From contig MU626268.1 of NCBI GenBank assembly GCA_025603075.1, forward strand, positions 124,001 through 188,000: a stretch of 64,000 bases of DNA, written 5' to 3'. The position numbers were made by a program, and so were the translations under genes. Within the stretch, counting starts at the first letter, position 1, and every line of letters begins with the position of its first letter. The notes under the pieces were generated by a model. That model had not been told where the DNA came from, did not search any database, and worked only from the letters and a program-made list of their open reading frames with translations. Source of the DNA: Neoconidiobolus thromboides FSU 785. Lineage: Eukaryota; Fungi; Entomophthoromycota. Shown here piece by piece: positions 43,099-56,354 of this stretch.

Positions 43099-43199
43099 GG
43101 GAATGTTTTTTTTGACTTCACTTTTTCTCTATTTTTAAGTACTATCTGAGTGGAAAATTTATTAGTAAAATTCTTGAACACAAAAATAGATCCTCATAT
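43095..43199 (+). mobile_element. MITE family A copy
   Basis: ATAT-GGGAATGT...AGATCCTC-ATAT. Confidence 0.9.
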
Positions 43200-43241
43200 T
43201 TAATTTTTTGTAATAACTTAGTAAATTAAAAAATATCAATA

Positions 43242-43348
43242 TAGGTTTGAGCTTGGAATTTACTGTGAGGATGATAATCATTTGCCTAGTTACTATAGAT
43301 ATAGGAAAGTAGTTTACATCCTCATAATATTTTCCAAGCTCAAATCTA
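43242..43348. repeat. ~107-bp imperfect hairpin, possible second MITE family (TA-flanked)
   Basis: Arms AGGTTTGAGCTTGGAATTTACTGTGAGGATG and CATCCTCATAATATTTTCCAAGCTCAAATCT are 26/31 complementary; pairing continues inward; TA on both sides. Confidence 0.65.
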
Positions 43349-43426
43349 AGCCATATAAGATATTATTTTTGCTTGATATCACTCAGTTGCTAAATAAAGG
43401 ATTACATTTTAAACTACTGAATTACT

Positions 43427-43526
43427 ATATGAGAGTGTTTTTTTTGACCACTTTTTCTATTTTTTAAACACTATTTGAGTGGAAAGATTGTTAGTAAAAT
43501 TTTTAAACAAAAACACATCCCCATAT
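43427..43526 (+). mobile_element. MITE family A copy
   Basis: ATAT-GAGAGTGT...ACATCCCC-ATAT. Confidence 0.9.
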
Positions 43527-43917
43527 GTTGAAAGGTAATATTTAAATTAATTATATAACAATATAGTTAACTAATAAATACAAATTTGTAAAGAAAAGGC
43601 TTTAGAGTTAATTTATAAGACTAATAAGTATAAACAAATCGACATAAATAATAAATTAATAGCTAATAATTAAAATTAAATGAATTAACAAAATTGTTAC
43701 TTTTATTTGTATATTAAATCTACGCTATTTACAGTTATTAATTTTATTATTTTATCATTTTTATTATATCTTTATAAATAACTAACTAAGAATTATCATG
43801 ATAAAATGTTTTTGTATAAAATAGCTATTCACTAAAGTTCTTATTTCCATTTATTTAGCTATTATTAATAAAAATAAAACAACTAAATTTTATATAAATT
43901 TTAGTCTTATATTCAAT

Positions 43918-44015
43918 ATATGAGGATATATTTGTGTTTAAGAATTTTATTAAGAATTTTTCCACTCAAATAGTGCTTAATGGAAAGTAATAAAGCCAAA
44001 AAAATACCCCTATAT
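43918..44015 (-). mobile_element. MITE family A copy
   Basis: ATAT-GAGGATAT...ATACCCCT-ATAT. Confidence 0.88.
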
Positions 44016-45465
44016 TGTTTTATTTATGCAGTTTAAAAATAAATAGAAGTTCCTTAGAGTTTTTTATAAATAACCTTAGTTTTCTGATTTAAAAAATAAG
44101 AAAGCTATTGACTATAAGAGCAAATATTATATGCTAAAATATTTATATTACACTTTCAAACTTATTAAATTGTAATTATAGGTTGATTGATTATATAAAA
44201 CAGTTTTGTTGATTAATTTAATATAATTATAAAATGGAATTTATACAAGCCGAAATAAAATTTACAAACCCATTTTTTTATACATATGTTCTTATTAAAA
44301 GAAACAAAAATATTCATTCAAAATAACTACTTATAATAGTAACTAGATTAATGCAAACTTACTGTTTACAATTTATACCATTCTACGCTTTATTAATCAA
44401 TAGTGCTTCAATAATTAATTTTTTGAACTAATTTTATTCTCTTTTTGATGAATAATCCTTCATTTTTTGATAAGAACTTAACTGAAAATTCTTATTAAAA
44501 AGTTAAATTCTTATGTGGTATGATAGTGAATTACTCACTATTCTTCAAGATAAAATTGAATCAAATCAATTACCTGTTAAATCAAAAGAAGTGGTATATT
44601 TGCATTAATAATATACAATATACATTATTAATACAAATTAAGAGTTCATTCAATAACTTTATTCAATAAGTTCAATTTATCTTTAGTATATATAAATTTT
44701 ATTTCATCTAAAAATTACTCACTTTTTAATATCTCTATCTAGTATTTAACTACAACATACATTTATCAATAATCATATGAATGAAAAGTATTATTAAAAT
44801 CCTCGTTTCCTCAAGCACAGTATAATTAACCGTATTATTAGGCTAGAATAACATGACAGTGATTGAATGTGTGTTTTGTCAAAAGTAATATACTAGACCA
44901 AATGGATAGTTGAATTATTTCATACCATAGAAGTTATTTATTTATTTGATTGTGGCTATTCTATTGTATTTTAAAATACGTTTTTTTAATAAAACTAATT
45001 TAAAGCGATAATTAACCTATCATACTATTAATTTATTATGACTTGTAATACTACAATAAACAATCTAGTAGAAACAATAAAACTAATTCAAATAATATAA
45101 TTACTTTAGGTTAAAATTGTATATAAATAAATATTATATAATCTAGATTATCCGATGCCTAATATTTTATTAAAATTAAAACTCAAAATCAAAACCACTA
45201 AGAATTCTATTATATTATTTATTAATATATTAAGATTAGGCTTAAATTTAATTTATTATACAATTATTTTATGGTTTTAAGACAAATAGCCTATGCCAAA
45301 TTAAGTAAATATTTTTATCCAATGAATCAATATGAGTCTATAAAAGCAAAATATTTAACAATCAAATCAAATCAAATTCAAAACCAATCGAAATAATTAG
45401 ATAAATCAACTCTCAACTTTTAGACAATTACTCTTTTAATTTAACTTAAATTTTATATTGAAATA

Positions 45466-47004
45466 ATGAGCGAACATACTATCAATACTACTCAAGAAAA
45501 CCTTCATGTCAATGGAAAATGTGCTCCATGGACTCCTTATTCTTGGAAATCAAAGCCAATTAAACAACATGTTGAATATGAGGATCAAGCTGCATTTGAA
45601 AAAGCAAAAGCTAAATTAATTCAACTTCCACCTTTAGTTACTGTTGATGAAGTAATCTATTAACACAAAGATTAATGAAATTTTTTAAACTCTTTAATTA
45701 GGTTAAGAAATTGAAAGTACACCTTAGAAATGTTGCTCTTGGGAAAGCTTTCCTTTTACAAGGTGGTGACTGTGCTGAACTTTTTGATTATTGTACTAAA
45801 GTATTATTTGATTTATAATATTATTTAGATATGTATTAACTGTTTATAGGATCCTATTGAAAATAAACTTAAAGTTCTCATTCAAATGAGTTTAACTCTT
45901 ATTTATGGTGCAAGATTACCAGTGGTTAGAGTAGCAAGAATGGCAGGACAATATGCTAAGCCACGTTCTAGTCCAACTGAAAAAGTGGATGGTGTTGAAT
46001 ACCCAAGTTTCCGAGGAGATAATATTAATGGTTTTTCAGTTGATGAAAGAAAACCAGATCCAGAACGTTTAGTTGATGCTTATTTTCATTCTAGTGCTAC
46101 CCTTAATTATGTACGTTCTTTATTAGCTTCTGGCTTTGCTAATCTTACTCGATTTGATAAATGGGATCTTTCTCATGTTAAATGCTCCTCTGCTCGTAAA
46201 GAATTTCAAGATATTGTGGATCAAATTTTAAATACTATGGATTTTATGGAAGTTATTGGCGCTGTCAACAGAGAACATGAACTTCCACCAGCATTCAATA
46301 CCATTGATATGTTTATGTCTCATGAAGGTTTAGTTCTTGATTATGAAGCTGCTCTTACTCGCCCACATGTTGAAAAACATAGTGGAGAAACACGATATTA
46401 TAATTTAAGTACCCATTACGTTTGGGTTGGTGATCGTACTCGTCAACCGGATGGTGCTCATATTGAATATCTTTCTGGTATTGAAAATCCAATTGGTATT
46501 AAAGTCGGTCCAACTACTGATCCAGATACCCTTATTGAACTCCTTGATAAACTTAACCCACATAAGGAAATTGGTAAAATTACCTTAATTACTCGATTTG
46601 GTGCCGACAAAGTTCACAATCATTTATCTAAATTCATCAAAGCAGTTCAAAAAACAGATCATATTGTTGTCTGGGTTTGTGATCCAATGCATGGAAATAC
46701 AGAAACTAGTACTTGTGGTGTCAAGACTCGTCACTTCAATAATATTATGTCTGAAGTTGCCTCTTGTATCCGTATTCATGCTGAAAACCAATCAAAATTA
46801 AATGGGGTTCATTTCGAACTCACTGGAGAAACTGTAACTGAATGTTTAGGTGGTGGTATGGAATTAGATCATCATAATCTTAATGAAAACTATCAAACTT
46901 ATTGTGACCCTCGTCTTAATTATGAACAATCTTTAGATATGGCTTTCCTCATTGCTCGCTGCTTTGAAAAGGAGAGATCTGGTCTTAAGAAATGTTGCCC
47001 TTAA
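45466..47004 (+). CDS. class II DAHP synthase (introns 45652-45701, ~45801-45849)
   Basis: WTPYSWKSKPIKQ, FLLQGGDCAELF, RMAGQYAKPRS, SFRGDNING, SHEGLVLDYE, WVGDRTRQPDGAH, DPMHGNT, GVHFELTG, CDPRLN. Confidence 0.95.
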
Positions 47005-47239
47005 ATTTAGGACCAATCCTTCTATCCCTTTATTATTCAACGTTTCTATTCCCCCTTTACTATAGCCAACTCTCTTATTATCTAAAATAAAGTGAATCAT
47101 TGTCCTTTCAATTTGATTTTTTGAAATTTGAAATTTCGAATTTTTTTGTTAGTTTAAGAATTAGTTATAAAAAGATGACTCAGAATTAAAAATATAAATT
47201 CAATTAAGGGGATAATTTTATTAATTAAAGATAATCAAA

Positions 47240-48475
47240 CTAAACAATAGGATTGAATCTTAACATTGTATTAAATTCAGTTCTTAATTGAACAGCTTCA
47301 GCTAAATTTTCCACAAACATACCATCAGCGCCCATTTTAAAAAAGTAATAAAATTCATCTCTGGTATCACCTTTAAAGCAAGTGGATTTACAACCAAAAT
47401 TAGCAGGTTCTCTAGAATCATAAAAAGTATATGGTACTACTTTAAGATTTCTTTGATGACATTCTTTAATAAGATCTTTGGCTTTAATAAACCCACCTAA
47501 ACTTTCAACTTCTTTTGGATCATATGTTACATTACGTGCTTGAAATTCATCCGCAATTTCATTTAAATGAAAATCTTTACGTGTGGAAAACCAAGTGGCA
47601 TATCGAGCTACAATATCTAACCCTTTAGGTGTATAAAACCAAGCATATTTATCTACGAGAGCAACATGTTCGACTTTAGATGGATGGGTAAATTTGGTGA
47701 GATATTTCAAACTTTCGAAATCAAAGTTTTGTAAAACTACTTTACCACAAGGAACTTTAACTTCTTTTTTAGGAGAACATTTGTCTTGAATATCTTTGGA
47801 AATTTTAGCTTGACAGTTTTCAACATCCCCTTCTTTAAGTGGGTACCCATTTTTTCTAAGTATTTCTAATACTTTATCTTCAAAATATCTTGGATTTTCA
47901 GGTCGAAGTGAAGAATGAAGCGCTGCATGTTTAATTTCAGGTACGATTTTAATCGGCTTTTTAAAAAGATATGATAAATGATGAGCATTATCAATAAATT
48001 GTTGAAATGATGGGATCTTAAAAATTTGATTATAAAATTGGGGTCGAGTACCAACAACTGCTTGTTTGACTCGAACTTTACTTAATTCTTTAAAGGTGAA
48101 ATCCGAAATAAAATAAACATCTTTTAAAGTAACAGCAGTATTATCAATAACTCCAGTGAAGTTACGCTTAAGATGATCAAATTCAGGTAATTCTTTAACG
48201 TTAGTACCTTCTTCAATATGTAAATCATGATAACATACTGGTACCCCATCTTTTGTTAAAACTAAATCTGGTTCTAAATAATCCATACCATCCATAACTG
48301 CATTCCAATAGCCTCCAATGGTATGTTGGGGTAAATGAGGCTTCACGCCTCGATGAGAGAAAAGTTCAGTTGGTTTTCCAGAGAGAGTAGGCCATTTTAC
48401 ACCCGAAATATCTTCAATATGAGCGGAAACAAGGTTCAATGTGATAATACCAAAGAAATTAATAAAAGACTTCAT
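47240..48475 (-). CDS. secreted glycerophosphodiester phosphodiesterase (GDPD/GlpQ-like), intronless
   Basis: Signal peptide; LFSHRG...QHT...Y..A...G.DYLEPDLVLTKDGVPVCYHD; PEIKH; LQNFD; YTF; GADGMF. Confidence 0.92.
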   Translation of the reverse strand: MKSFINFFGIITLNLVSAHIEDISGVKWPTLSGKPTELFSHRGVKPHLPQHTIGGYWNAVMDGMDYLEPDLVLTKDGVPVCYHDLHIEEGTNVKELPEFDHLKRNFTGVIDNTAVTLKDVYFISDFTFKELSKVRVKQAVVGTRPQFYNQIFKIPSFQQFIDNAHHLSYLFKKPIKIVPEIKHAALHSSLRPENPRYFEDKVLEILRKNGYPLKEGDVENCQAKISKDIQDKCSPKKEVKVPCGKVVLQNFDFESLKYLTKFTHPSKVEHVALVDKYAWFYTPKGLDIVARYATWFSTRKDFHLNEIADEFQARNVTYDPKEVESLGGFIKAKDLIKECHQRNLKVVPYTFYDSREPANFGCKSTCFKGDTRDEFYYFFKMGADGMFVENLAEAVQLRTEFNTMLRFNPIV

Positions 48476-49651
48476 TTTTTTAATATTGTCAAGTTGATTA
48501 AGCTAGGTTGAACGATCAAATTGAAATTGTAAACTATTTATACATTTTTAAAAAAAAAGATTAATTGCACAACATAGAAATATTTATTACTGTGATAATA
48601 TTTTTGTTTTAATATTAATTTTGTACCTATTGTTTTATCATGCTCACCATCCGATTTACCAATCATATTTTAAGATGAATAATACAATTATGGGTCATAA
48701 TTCTTAGTTATAAAATCTTGGGGTATTTTGAATGTTTATCGAAGTTAAGATTGGCATTTTTAATTAGAAAATCCTAAAGGTTGAAGACTGCAATGGTTGA
48801 AGTAATTATTGAAGTTTTGATATCAATTTTTAAATAAAATAAGTCTTAATTCTTAATATTTTTAACCAAATAAATAATTTACCATTGTAATCAATAACTT
48901 TTACTTTTTTTTAAATCTTAAGATACAAGAACAATTTAAATTAACCATATAGTTAACTAAAGCTAATAACAAACTAGTAAAATTCTTAAAAAAAGAATAA
49001 ATTATACTTCTATATAAAAAGAACATTATAAAGTTTTAAGTAATACAAACGGACTTTATTAGCTAATACAAAGTTGGAAAGTCCGAAGTTTTTAAAAGAG
49101 AGGTGGAAAAGTACTTGATACTTAATAGATAATAAATAGTGTAAAAGTCAATGAAATATTGAGGATTGTGTCTGTAAAAGGAAAGGAACAAAATTAAAAA
49201 AAGGTTCAATTAATTTATTTGATATATAACATTATATTTAGTATTTTAAATATTTCAAAAAAAAAAGGACATTAAAAGTAACAAAAAGATATTAAATAAA
49301 GGATTATTCTATAGTAATTTAAATATTACTATTATTTAGGGTAATCTGGTTTGTGAAAATGATAACTATTAAATCATCTGAAGTTGAGATTGTATTTTAT
49401 TTTTTTAAATTATAAAGAGTACAAATATTGTTTTAGTTTTACGCTAATTGAATATTAATTGAGCTAAAAATAGATGAATAAATAAAATTAAATAATTTGG
49501 ATAGTTAATATAGAAGTTTAATAATATTGTGAATTGATTTATAGCAACATTCTAATTTTCTAAATTGAAAGTTTCGATAATTAGTATAGTTGATAATCAT
49601 TATCAAAAACAAAGTTTAGAATAGTTGAAAATTCAACTATCCGATATTATA

Positions 49652-49760
49652 ATATGAGGATGTTTTTTTTGGTTTCATTACTTTTTCTATCTTTTAAGCG
49701 CTATTTGAGTAGAAAAATTGTTAGTAAAATTCTTATATATAAAAATACCTTCCCACATAT
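49652..49760 (+). mobile_element. MITE family A copy
   Basis: ATAT-GAGGATGT...ACCTTCCC-ACAT. Confidence 0.88.
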
Positions 49761-50375
49761 ATATAATAAGTTTCATAACAGATTAAATGAACTAGTTGTT
49801 TTCTGTATATAATATTAGCAACTTTAATTTGCTTAAATTAAAACATTAAAACATTAAATTATACTTTTAAATAATATAACAACTTTATTATATTCAAATA
49901 TCTATATTTGATTAAATTGTTCTAGATAAATTCAATAATTATTTTTATCTTGAATGATGAATTTTCACCTTCTTCAATTTCAATAATAGAATTTCTAATT
50001 TAATATTAACATTATTTATATAGCTAAAAATATTTATTAAATTTAAACAATTTATAATATTATCTATTATAGCTATACACTCTATTAGGTTTTGATTTTC
50101 AGTAACAAATTATTTTTGATAATACTAATTTCATTGTACCTCTTTTTAACATAAATTTTATAACATAAATTATGTTATTTAAATTAACATTTACTTAAAA
50201 TTACAAATAAAAATATAAAATTAAATTTAAGTAATTTTTCAGATAGTAATAAACAAAATGTTACTATTAATAAAATATTAAGAGTAAAACAATAGAACTG
50301 GATTATAGTTAATTTTAGAATTTAATATTAATTAAGAGCATTTCAAAGTTACATATTTAAATAAAATGTAATAAA

Positions 50376-50482
50376 TATTGGGGATGTATTTTTTTGTATA
50401 AGAATTTTACTAACAATCTTTCCACTCAAATAGCGCTCAAAAATGAAAAAAAATAATGAAACCAAAAAAAACATCCCTCTTA
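50376..50482 (-). mobile_element. MITE family A copy
   Basis: tattGGGGATGTATTT...AAGAATTTTACTAACAATCTTTCCACTCAAATAGCGCTC...ACATCCCT. Confidence 0.88.
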
Positions 50483-50805
50483 TTATAAAATTAAGTTTAC
50501 ATCTATCAAAATTAAGCTGGTTTTTCAAAAATCTTATTAAACTGCTTATTTTAACTTTTGATATTTTGATGTGTTTTTATTTCCACTTTTATTTGTATTG
50601 CATCTATCTAAAATTTCTAATAAATATCCTTTCTCATGATTGGTTGATAAACCTACCAATCAGGTTCAAGCTAACCTTCACAATGAGTGATAAACTTCTC
50701 ATAATCTAATTTTTTTAATTCATATTATGACCAAACAAAATTAAAATCATTATCCCCTCCAACGATCAATAATATATATAATAATAATAATAGTAACAAT
50801 AACAA

Positions 50806-53800
50806 ATGAATTATTCCTTACTTGATCCATTTAATATTGGGTTTCCAGATCATATTAAATCCAAAATAGTGTTTACAAATGCAGTGAAATTGAAGTTTAA
50901 TCGTCTAGGTACCTATCTTGCAGCTGGCAATAATAGTGGGGAAGTTGGTATATTTTCTACTGATATATTTACACTAATTAAAAAAATTCAAATCAAAGAA
51001 TCATTTATAACTACGTTGAGGTAGGTTGTTCATTATTGTTAAAGGAATTTGTTTTTAATAAGTGAAATATTGTTTAGTTTTTCTCAAGATAATGAATATT
51101 TAGCTATTGGTACTAAAGAAGGTTATATATCTATTTTTAATTTAATATTGGAAAAAGAAATTTGTTTTATTGAACTAAATTATCCCATTATTGAATTGGA
51201 AATTATACCGGGAAAAAAGTAATTTTAATTTTTTTAAAAAGTTAAGTGGAACTAAATTAATACGTTTTTAATATTTAGAAGTTTAGTTTTTGTTTTGACT
51301 AGAGAATTAGATCCTTTGATTTTAGATATTAAGAGTGATGTTCCAATTCAAACTTATTTAAAAGCAGAGTCGGAGCAAATTTTAGATATTGATTCTCAAA
51401 GATGGTGTGAGTAAGTTATTTCTTTATTATAAAGATTCAAAATATAAATTAAAAAATATTCACAAATATTAGTAAACTTAATTTGAGCTCTATCTAATCT
51501 ATTTTTATTAGTCAAATGTTTGATTTTACTTCCGGTTGTATTGATCGGTTAGGAAAATTTTTAATAGTTGGAACAAGTAAAGGTTTATTAGCAGTTTATC
51601 ATTTTGAAAGTGAGCGTTATGTACATATTGAAAGGAATTCAAGGACAACCATAAAACAAGTATTATTTAATAAAAATTTAAGGTAAAATTTATTTCTATT
51701 ATTAAATAATAATAATTTAATTTAATTTAATTTATATAGTGAAATTTTATTAAATTGTAAAAATCATATTAAAGTAGTTAAATTTAATATTGAATTAATT
51801 GAAAATGAAAATATCAAAGTATCATTCAATTATACAACAAAATATCAAAATCATCTTGATGCAGGAGAATGGCAGTATTGTAATTTTGATAATACAGGGG
51901 ATTATATAGTAGGAGTCTCAGACAAAGATATAGATCGTAAAATACATATATGGGAAAGAAGTTCTGCTCAATTACATTCGTTATTAGTTGGACCAGGAAA
52001 TAAAGTATATGATTTAGTTTGGCATCCGTTAGCACCCACATTAGCCTCTTTAGGTATCAACGGTAAAATTTGGTTTTGGGCACCCACTTATTCACAAAAA
52101 TGGTCTGGATTTTCACCCTTTTTTTCTGAATTAACACAAAATTTAGTATTTAGAGAACCTGAAAATGCATATGATTTACCTTATTCTCACAAAAGTCACC
52201 AAAGGCATGATTCTACTAAAAAATCGTCACCTAAATATAAAGGTAATAGATTAGATACTAATGAAGAAGATGATATTATTGTTGATGTTTGTACTATTGA
52301 TAATCCATTTTCATTGAGTTTAAATCATGATTTCAAAGGTAATTTAAATCAAATTAATTATGATGAAGCATTTGAATTACCTTTGATACCTATTACCGAA
52401 AATATTACATCGCCGGAGTTAAAGGATGAAAATAAATTAAATTTAGAAAATGAAGAACAAACAGATTTAGAAAATGAGAAGCATTTTGAATCTAATAACA
52501 ATAATAACAATAAATTATCAACTCAATCACCAGCTTCTTTGTCAAATGAAAATGATATTATAAAGGAAAATATTATTAAAGATAATTTACTTGATAATAG
52601 TGAATATATTAAAAAAGAAGATGTATTAAAAGATTCAAATGAAAGTGATAAAGTAACAGATGTCATGAAAGAAACAAAAACAAAAATAGAAACAGAAACA
52701 GAAGTAATAGTTTCTAATAATAACGAAAAGAATCAAGATGAAACAACGTATAAGAGATCGCTGTACAATCATTATGATAGCAATGAAAGAATAGATTATA
52801 ATAATCGACGTAGTCCGATAGAAGATTATAATTATAGAAGCTCCTATTATAAAGATAGATATGAAAGAGATTACTATGATAGTTATTATTCTAATCGTCA
52901 ATCATATGATTATCGAAAATATAATAGGGAACGATATAATTTACCTCCAAGAAATCGACATAGATCAAGTTATTATCAATCTAATAGATATTTTAATGGA
53001 GATCATTATAGTCCACAAAGAGATAATGATAGATATGATTATAATGATTTAAGAGATAATAGAAATACATCTGATAAATACAATAATAATAGGGATTACT
53101 ATAATCAACAAGATAACTATAGTAGAAATGATAAATTTTATTACAATTCAAGATACGAAGATAGAAATTATTATAAAGATAATTTAGAAGATAACTATGA
53201 ATTTGATGAGAAAGAGAATAAAACTAAACAACAAAACTCACCTTATAACATCAATAATAGTAATAAACAATCTTATTATGATGATTATAATTATCGAAAA
53301 AGAAGTTCAATAAATGAAACCCATAATAATAATGAAGAAGATGTAAATAATATTGATTATTCAAAAAGTTCTTATGGTGCATTATCAAAAGAAATATACT
53401 CTAATTTCAAATATAAAACAAGGGATGATAGTTATTATAATAAGAAATATAAAGAATATAATGATGAAGAGGATAAAAAAGAGAAAGAAAAACAAAAAGA
53501 AAAAGAGAAAGCTAATTTGAATAAAGAAGAGAATATCAAAAGTGATGAGGGAGAATATTCAGAAGAAGGAATTATTGATGATAACAAAAAAGAAAATCAT
53601 CAAATTGATGAAGAAAATGAAAAGAATCAAGAACATATTAACAAAGATAAAAAGATAGATGAACTTGATAGTTTTAAGAAGGATCATCTTGTTAATAAAA
53701 TCGAAGCTTCAATCATAGTCAATGAAAATCAAGATAATAAAGATATCGTTGAATCAACTAACACCAACATCAATACTAATAAAATGGAAGAATCAAAAAT

Positions 53801-54065
53801 TAATTTAGATATTAATGATACTACTACTACCACTACTACTACTATTCCAATTAATACCTCTATAATTAGTAAATTTTATTCGCCTAATAAAAAACAAGTT
53901 AAAGGAAGTGGGTTATTTATACTAAAAAACAAACAAAATCCATTAAGTAATAGTAATAATTTATCTCATGGAATTGGGAGTAGTAATGTTGTTGTTCAAC
54001 GTAGTAAAGCAGTCCAAGAAGCTTTTGAAGATGGGGAAATTGAAGAGGGAGAAATTGAAGAATAA
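50806..54065 (+). CDS. SWD1: COMPASS subunit Swd1/RBBP5-like WD40 protein with ~580-aa low-complexity C-terminal extension
   Basis: MNYSLLDPF...LKFNRLGTYLAAGN; DLVWHP..PTLAS; WSGFSPFFSELTQNL.FREPE..YD; VDVCT. Last exon 51740-54065 reads without a stop into the 583-aa ORF. Confidence 0.8.
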
Positions 54066-54394
54066 GTTTGAATTAATAAATATTTAAGTTTTGAGAATTT
54101 TTGATTGAAATATAAGTTGCATCTCCACTTTTTTATTGTTGTTATTGCTATTGTTATTGAAAGTCGTTAAATTTTATGAGATGGAGGAGCTTTTTTATAA
54201 ACATTAAGTGATTAGTAGTTAATAATTAATCAATTAATTAATTAATATTAGTTAACTGAAGAATTTAATATTTACAATAAAACAAATATTGTTTGATTTT
54301 AATTACTTTTTCAGTTACTATCCTATTTGATATTTTAAATAAATTGAAATTATAAAGCTAACTCTAATAATATTCCAATTCTAATAACCTTTAA

Positions 54395-55508
54395 TTAGTG
54401 AAAGGGAGGTAACCCAAATAACTCAGGTTGAAACTCTTCCATTGAAGTTAAAATTTGAGTTGCACCGATATCACTACCTGCCATTTCTAAAAGTTTAGGA
54501 TCTGGGATCCAAATGGTCTATAAATTTAACATTAATTTTTCAATAATAAAATAAAATAAAGTGGAAAAAGTTCTTACTTTCATTTGAGCATTAACACCCG
54601 CTTGAACTCCCGGTATAGCATCTTCAAAAACTAAACATTTTTTGGAATCTTTAGCTCCCAATTGTTGAGCCGCTTCTAAAAATATATCTGGGGCGGGTTT
54701 ACCATGTAATACATTGGGATTATCACCACAAATAATTTGATCAAATAAACTAAAGAGTTCTTGATTATTTTGAGATTTGACTAAAAATGCTTTGTGATGG
54801 GAACTGGTGGCTACCTAATTGAAGAGAGGATTACTGACTATGGAGGGAGGGAGATACAAAATAATGAAACTTACTGCAATAGGTATTTTATGTTGTTTTA
54901 AATGTTTTATTAATCGCTAGAGTTTGAAGTTTGAGATGTTAATTTTATAATTGAACAGAATGAACAAATATAATGTTATTACCATAACACCAGGTAATGG
55001 TTTACAATGTGGAAATTTTTCATTCTATATTAATATTAATATTAATATTTGTTTAATATTTATTAGATAATAGTTATAAATAATAATTTACTTGTAATCG
55101 GTTTCTTTCAGTTAAATATTCCTCTGCTGTTATGGGTAAATTATGGGTGTCAATAAATAATTTAGTAGCCTAGAACGATGGGAATATTAGTTTTATAATT
55201 CTAAAAACAGATGAAATACTATTTTATTTATTTTACATCTTTTTGATTTCTACCCATCATTTGAGCTTTCAATTCCCAAGTAAACTCTTTCCCATAGCGA
55301 CTAAGGATTTCATCTATGTACAAAAATATATTACTATTTTATAATCTAGTATTGGTAATTGATTTTACTTGATACTTCGGAATATACTCGTTCAGTATCC
55401 TATAGAATTTGAATTAATTGTTATTTAATCAGAAGATTTCAATTTTACAAGTAATAAACCATCCATATCAAAGATACAATATTGAATTGAGTTATCCGAT
55501 TCGGTCAT
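54395..55508 (-). CDS. HAD-like hydrolase, pseudouridine-5'-phosphatase (PUDP/HDHD1, YKL033W-A-like), intron-rich
   Basis: Absent from the ORF track. Spliced: CIFDMDGLLLDTERVYS, MPGV..L..HLKQHKIPIAVATSS, HGKPAPDIFLEAA, CLVFEDAIPGVQAG..A.M, FQPELFGLPPF. Confidence 0.92.
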
Positions 55509-55919
55509 CTTGAATTTTATGAAAGAAAAAAACAATCAATAATCAATTTACATTCTTATTAAATTGATAATTTATTCGCTTTAATTTAGAAATTAATCTT
55601 AAATTTAATTTATTACAATAATATATCATGTTTTTAGTATGTATGTGGACTAAATAAGCTCTCATTTAAGAGCTTTAATTGATTCATTAAGCGCTATCTA
55701 GACACAAGAATTCCATTATTGATTCGAAAAAACATTACTACATAAAACATGTTTGAACTAAAATAACGAAATAATTTCGGTTTTAGAAATTCGAATTATT
55801 GAATTAATACTGTTTTTGGAATCGAGTATTTCTAATATAGAAAAATCGCTTTATAGTCCTCATGTTGAACTAAAGCTGCTATTCGATTCTATGTTAAAAA
55901 TATATAAAATGAAGATTGT

Positions 55920-56025
55920 ATATGGGGATGTATTTTTGTGTTTAAGGATTTTACTAACAAATTTTCTGCTCCAAATAGTGCTTAGAAAATGGAAAAGTAA
56001 TGAAACCAAAAAAACATCTCCCTAT
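55920..56025 (-). mobile_element. MITE family A copy
   Basis: ATAT-GGGGATGT...ACATCTCC-CTAT. Confidence 0.9.
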
Positions 56026-56354
56026 TATCTTGATTGTTCTATATTGAATTTTTTAAATGATTAGAAACTATTACTTTTTATTAAAATTAATTTGAGTTAT
56101 TTCTTTATTGGTGTTTTTTATATATACAAGTTTGAATATATTTATTATCTTAATATAAACAATACAGAAATTATTCAAAATAATATATAGTTATTTAAAT
56201 ATTAGCATTAGTAGATAGTAATATATTAAATTTATAAAATTGAAATTAATTGAAATTAGACGCTGCGAAATTTGAACTAAATTTAAATTTTGAACTCAAA
56301 AAAGAATAAAATTAAATCTGTAATAAGAGTAATAAGCTTCTTACAAAAATCAAG

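Noticed and set aside
49050-49085. CGGACTTT...AAAGTCCG 8-bp inverted repeat, and ATAGTTGAA/TTCAACTAT at ~49621
   Set aside because: Short, single occurrences with no supporting context such as a Helitron CTRR end
50443-56064. Short ORF-track entries overlapping MITEs (50443-50709, 55816-56064; also 33553-33828 and 35639-35821)
   Set aside because: They read through MITE sequence and AT-rich flank; similar peptides (ILLTNF, KFLSKK) recur only because of the repeat
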